Assembly: GCF_028641065.1 (NCBI RefSeq)
Contig: NC_073382.1
Span: 37,138,001-37,202,000 of the forward strand
Direction: 5' to 3'
DNA: 64,000 nucleotides
Source of the DNA: Leucoraja erinacea
Lineage: Eukaryota
Position 1 is the stretch's first letter. The number at the start of each line of letters is the position of its first letter. Below are positions 62,183 to 64,000 of the stretch, piece by piece. The notes under the pieces are model-generated. The model was not told where the DNA came from, made no database searches, and saw nothing but the letters and a program-made list of their open reading frames with translations. Made by a program: the position numbers and the translations under genes.

Positions 62183-62965
62183 ACATAGAAACATAGAAAC
62201 ATAGAAAATAGGTGCAGGAGGAGGCCATTCGGCCCTTCGTGCCAGCACCACCATTCATTGTGATCATGGCTGATCATCCCCTATCAATAACCCGTGCCTG
62301 CCTTCTCCCCATATCCCTTGACTCCACTAGCCCCTAGAGCTCTATCTAACTCTCTCTTAAATCCATCCAGTGATTTGACCCCCACTGCCCTCTGTGGCAG
62401 GGAGTTCCATACATTCACAACTCTCTGGGTGAAAAAGTTTTTTCTCACCTCAGTCTTAAATGACCTCCCCTTTATTCTAAGTGTGGCCCCTTGTTCTGGA
62501 CTCGCCCAACATTGGGAACATTTTTCCTGCATCTAGCTTGTCCAGTCCTTTTATAATTGTATATGTTTCTATAAGATCCCCCTCATCCTTCTAAACATCA
62601 GTGAATACAAGCCTAATCTTTTCAATCTTTCTGCATATGACAGTCCCGCCATCCCAGGGATCAATCTCGTGAACCTACGCTGCACTGCCTCAATCACAAG
62701 GATGTCCTTCCTCAAATTAGGGGACCAAAACTGTACACAATACAACAGATGTGGTCTCACCAGAGCCCTATACAACTGCAGAAGAACCTCTTTACTCCAA
62801 TACTGAAATCCTCTTGTTATGAAGGCCAACATTCCATTCGCTTTCTTCACTGCCTGCTGTACAAGCACGGCAACTTTCTGTGACCGGTGTACAAGAACAC
62901 CCAGGTCTCGCTGTACCACCCCCTTACCTAACCTAACCCTATTGAGATAAAAATCTGCCCCCTTG
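62183..62965 (-). mobile_element. CR1 LINE 3' fragment
   Basis: ORFs 62569-62919 and 62284-62532; (ATAGAAAC)n tail. Confidence 0.95.
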
Positions 62966-63394
62966 TAGACAATCTATTGACATCTTTCCTCACGACTGCC
63001 AAACCATCAGAGCTGAGAGATCAATTCATACAGATAAACCCTGCCTATAACAAACAATTCTAATTGGAATTTATTCACGGATTTAACATTATGTTTCACA
63101 ATATAATATGTTTCACCGTCTCTCCTGCCTAGTAACAGTGTCAGTTTCTGATACATTTTTAAAAGTGTTACAAAGCAAGAATTCTCAATTATATGACATG
63201 GTCAAGCACAAATTCCATTGATTACACTTTACACTTTAATAGAATTTCAAGTGGGAAAACAATTTAAGTAGAATTACACGTGTTCAATGGGGCTACGTAT
63301 CGAGTGGGGAAAAATAACAATGTTATAAACTTCGAAGAATTGGGGTGTTTGATACCCTCTCTAGCATCAATGTACAGTTCCAAGAAAATAAGAT

Positions 63395-63990
63395 TACGGA
63401 CAAGGGAAGGCTGCATTATCAAAAGGATATGAGAGAATGCCGTGTACTTTATTTCACAGAAACATGGCACACTTCCTGCTCTCCAGACTCAGCCTTCTAG
63501 CCCAAAGGTTTCTTGGTCTATCGCATGGCATTGGAAAAGAAAGTGGTGATGGCATCTGCTTCATCTTAAACTCTTTGTGGTGCTCAGATGTAGTGGTCTT
63601 ATCCAACCCTTGCTCCCTGCACCTAGAACATCTAGCAGTGAAGTGTTGGCCCTTCCAACTCCCAAGGGAATTCACCTCCATTATCATGACTGCGATCTAC
63701 TGTACATCTCACTCTAGGCAGACATTCGGCTAGCACTGAAGAAGCTGCATGATGTGTTCAGCAAACACCAGACCACATATCCTGATGCCTTCCGCATCAT
63801 ATCCAGGTACAGTACAATGGTGGAGAAAGTCAAAAGCTTCAAGTTCAGGGCATGCATATGTCTTGAAGATCCGACCTGGACCAAGCACAATGATTCAATA
63901 ACAAAGGAAACTCATCAATGCCTTTACTTCTAAATAAATAGCCTGGCTTGGTAACTTGGTTTGGTAACTTGCCCTGGTTTGGTTTGAGCG
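63395..63990 (+). mobile_element. Decayed Rex1/Babar LINE: AP-endonuclease region fused to an RT C-terminal remnant
   Basis: LHYQKDMRECRVLYFTETW; GKESGDGIC..WCSDV..CSLHLEHLAVKCWPFQLPREFTS; then VEKVKSFKF. Confidence 0.8.
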
Positions 63991-64000
63991 CCCAGAAATG

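Overview
Eukaryotic (vertebrate) genomic DNA, most likely a cartilaginous fish such as a skate or ray. This is inferred from HE1-like V-SINEs and HER1-like CR1 LINE tails. I could not support any host protein-coding exon, so the window looks like a large intron or gene desert. Almost every ORF in the supplied track is a retroelement fragment, its antisense shadow, or low-complexity noise. The window is dense in mobile elements. It has many 5'-truncated CR1 LINEs, one with a nearly intact RT, plus Rex1/Babar, L2 and Crack-like LINE fragments and tRNA-derived SINEs. A DIRS1-type tyrosine-recombinase retrotransposon (7649-12420) keeps intact termini and ICR but has decayed ORFs. A ~1.17-kb LTR sits next to a perfect tRNA-Ser(TGA) primer-binding site, and there is a separate solo LTR. 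PIF/Harbinger MITEs are often nested, and non-autonomous Helitrons carry tandem arrays. The most interesting signals are: (i) short, often palindromic Penelope-derived elements that carry minimal hammerhead-ribozyme motifs, two of them with 15-bp TSDs; (ii) a ~740-bp near-perfect inverted repeat built from such elements inside a Harbinger shell; (iii) the DIRS element with its reconstructable ATT insertion site; and (iv) a transposon whose interior is interleaved with its own flanks, probably a consensus artefact marking a heterozygous insertion. Three N-gaps are present. All calls are by eye, and no database search was run.
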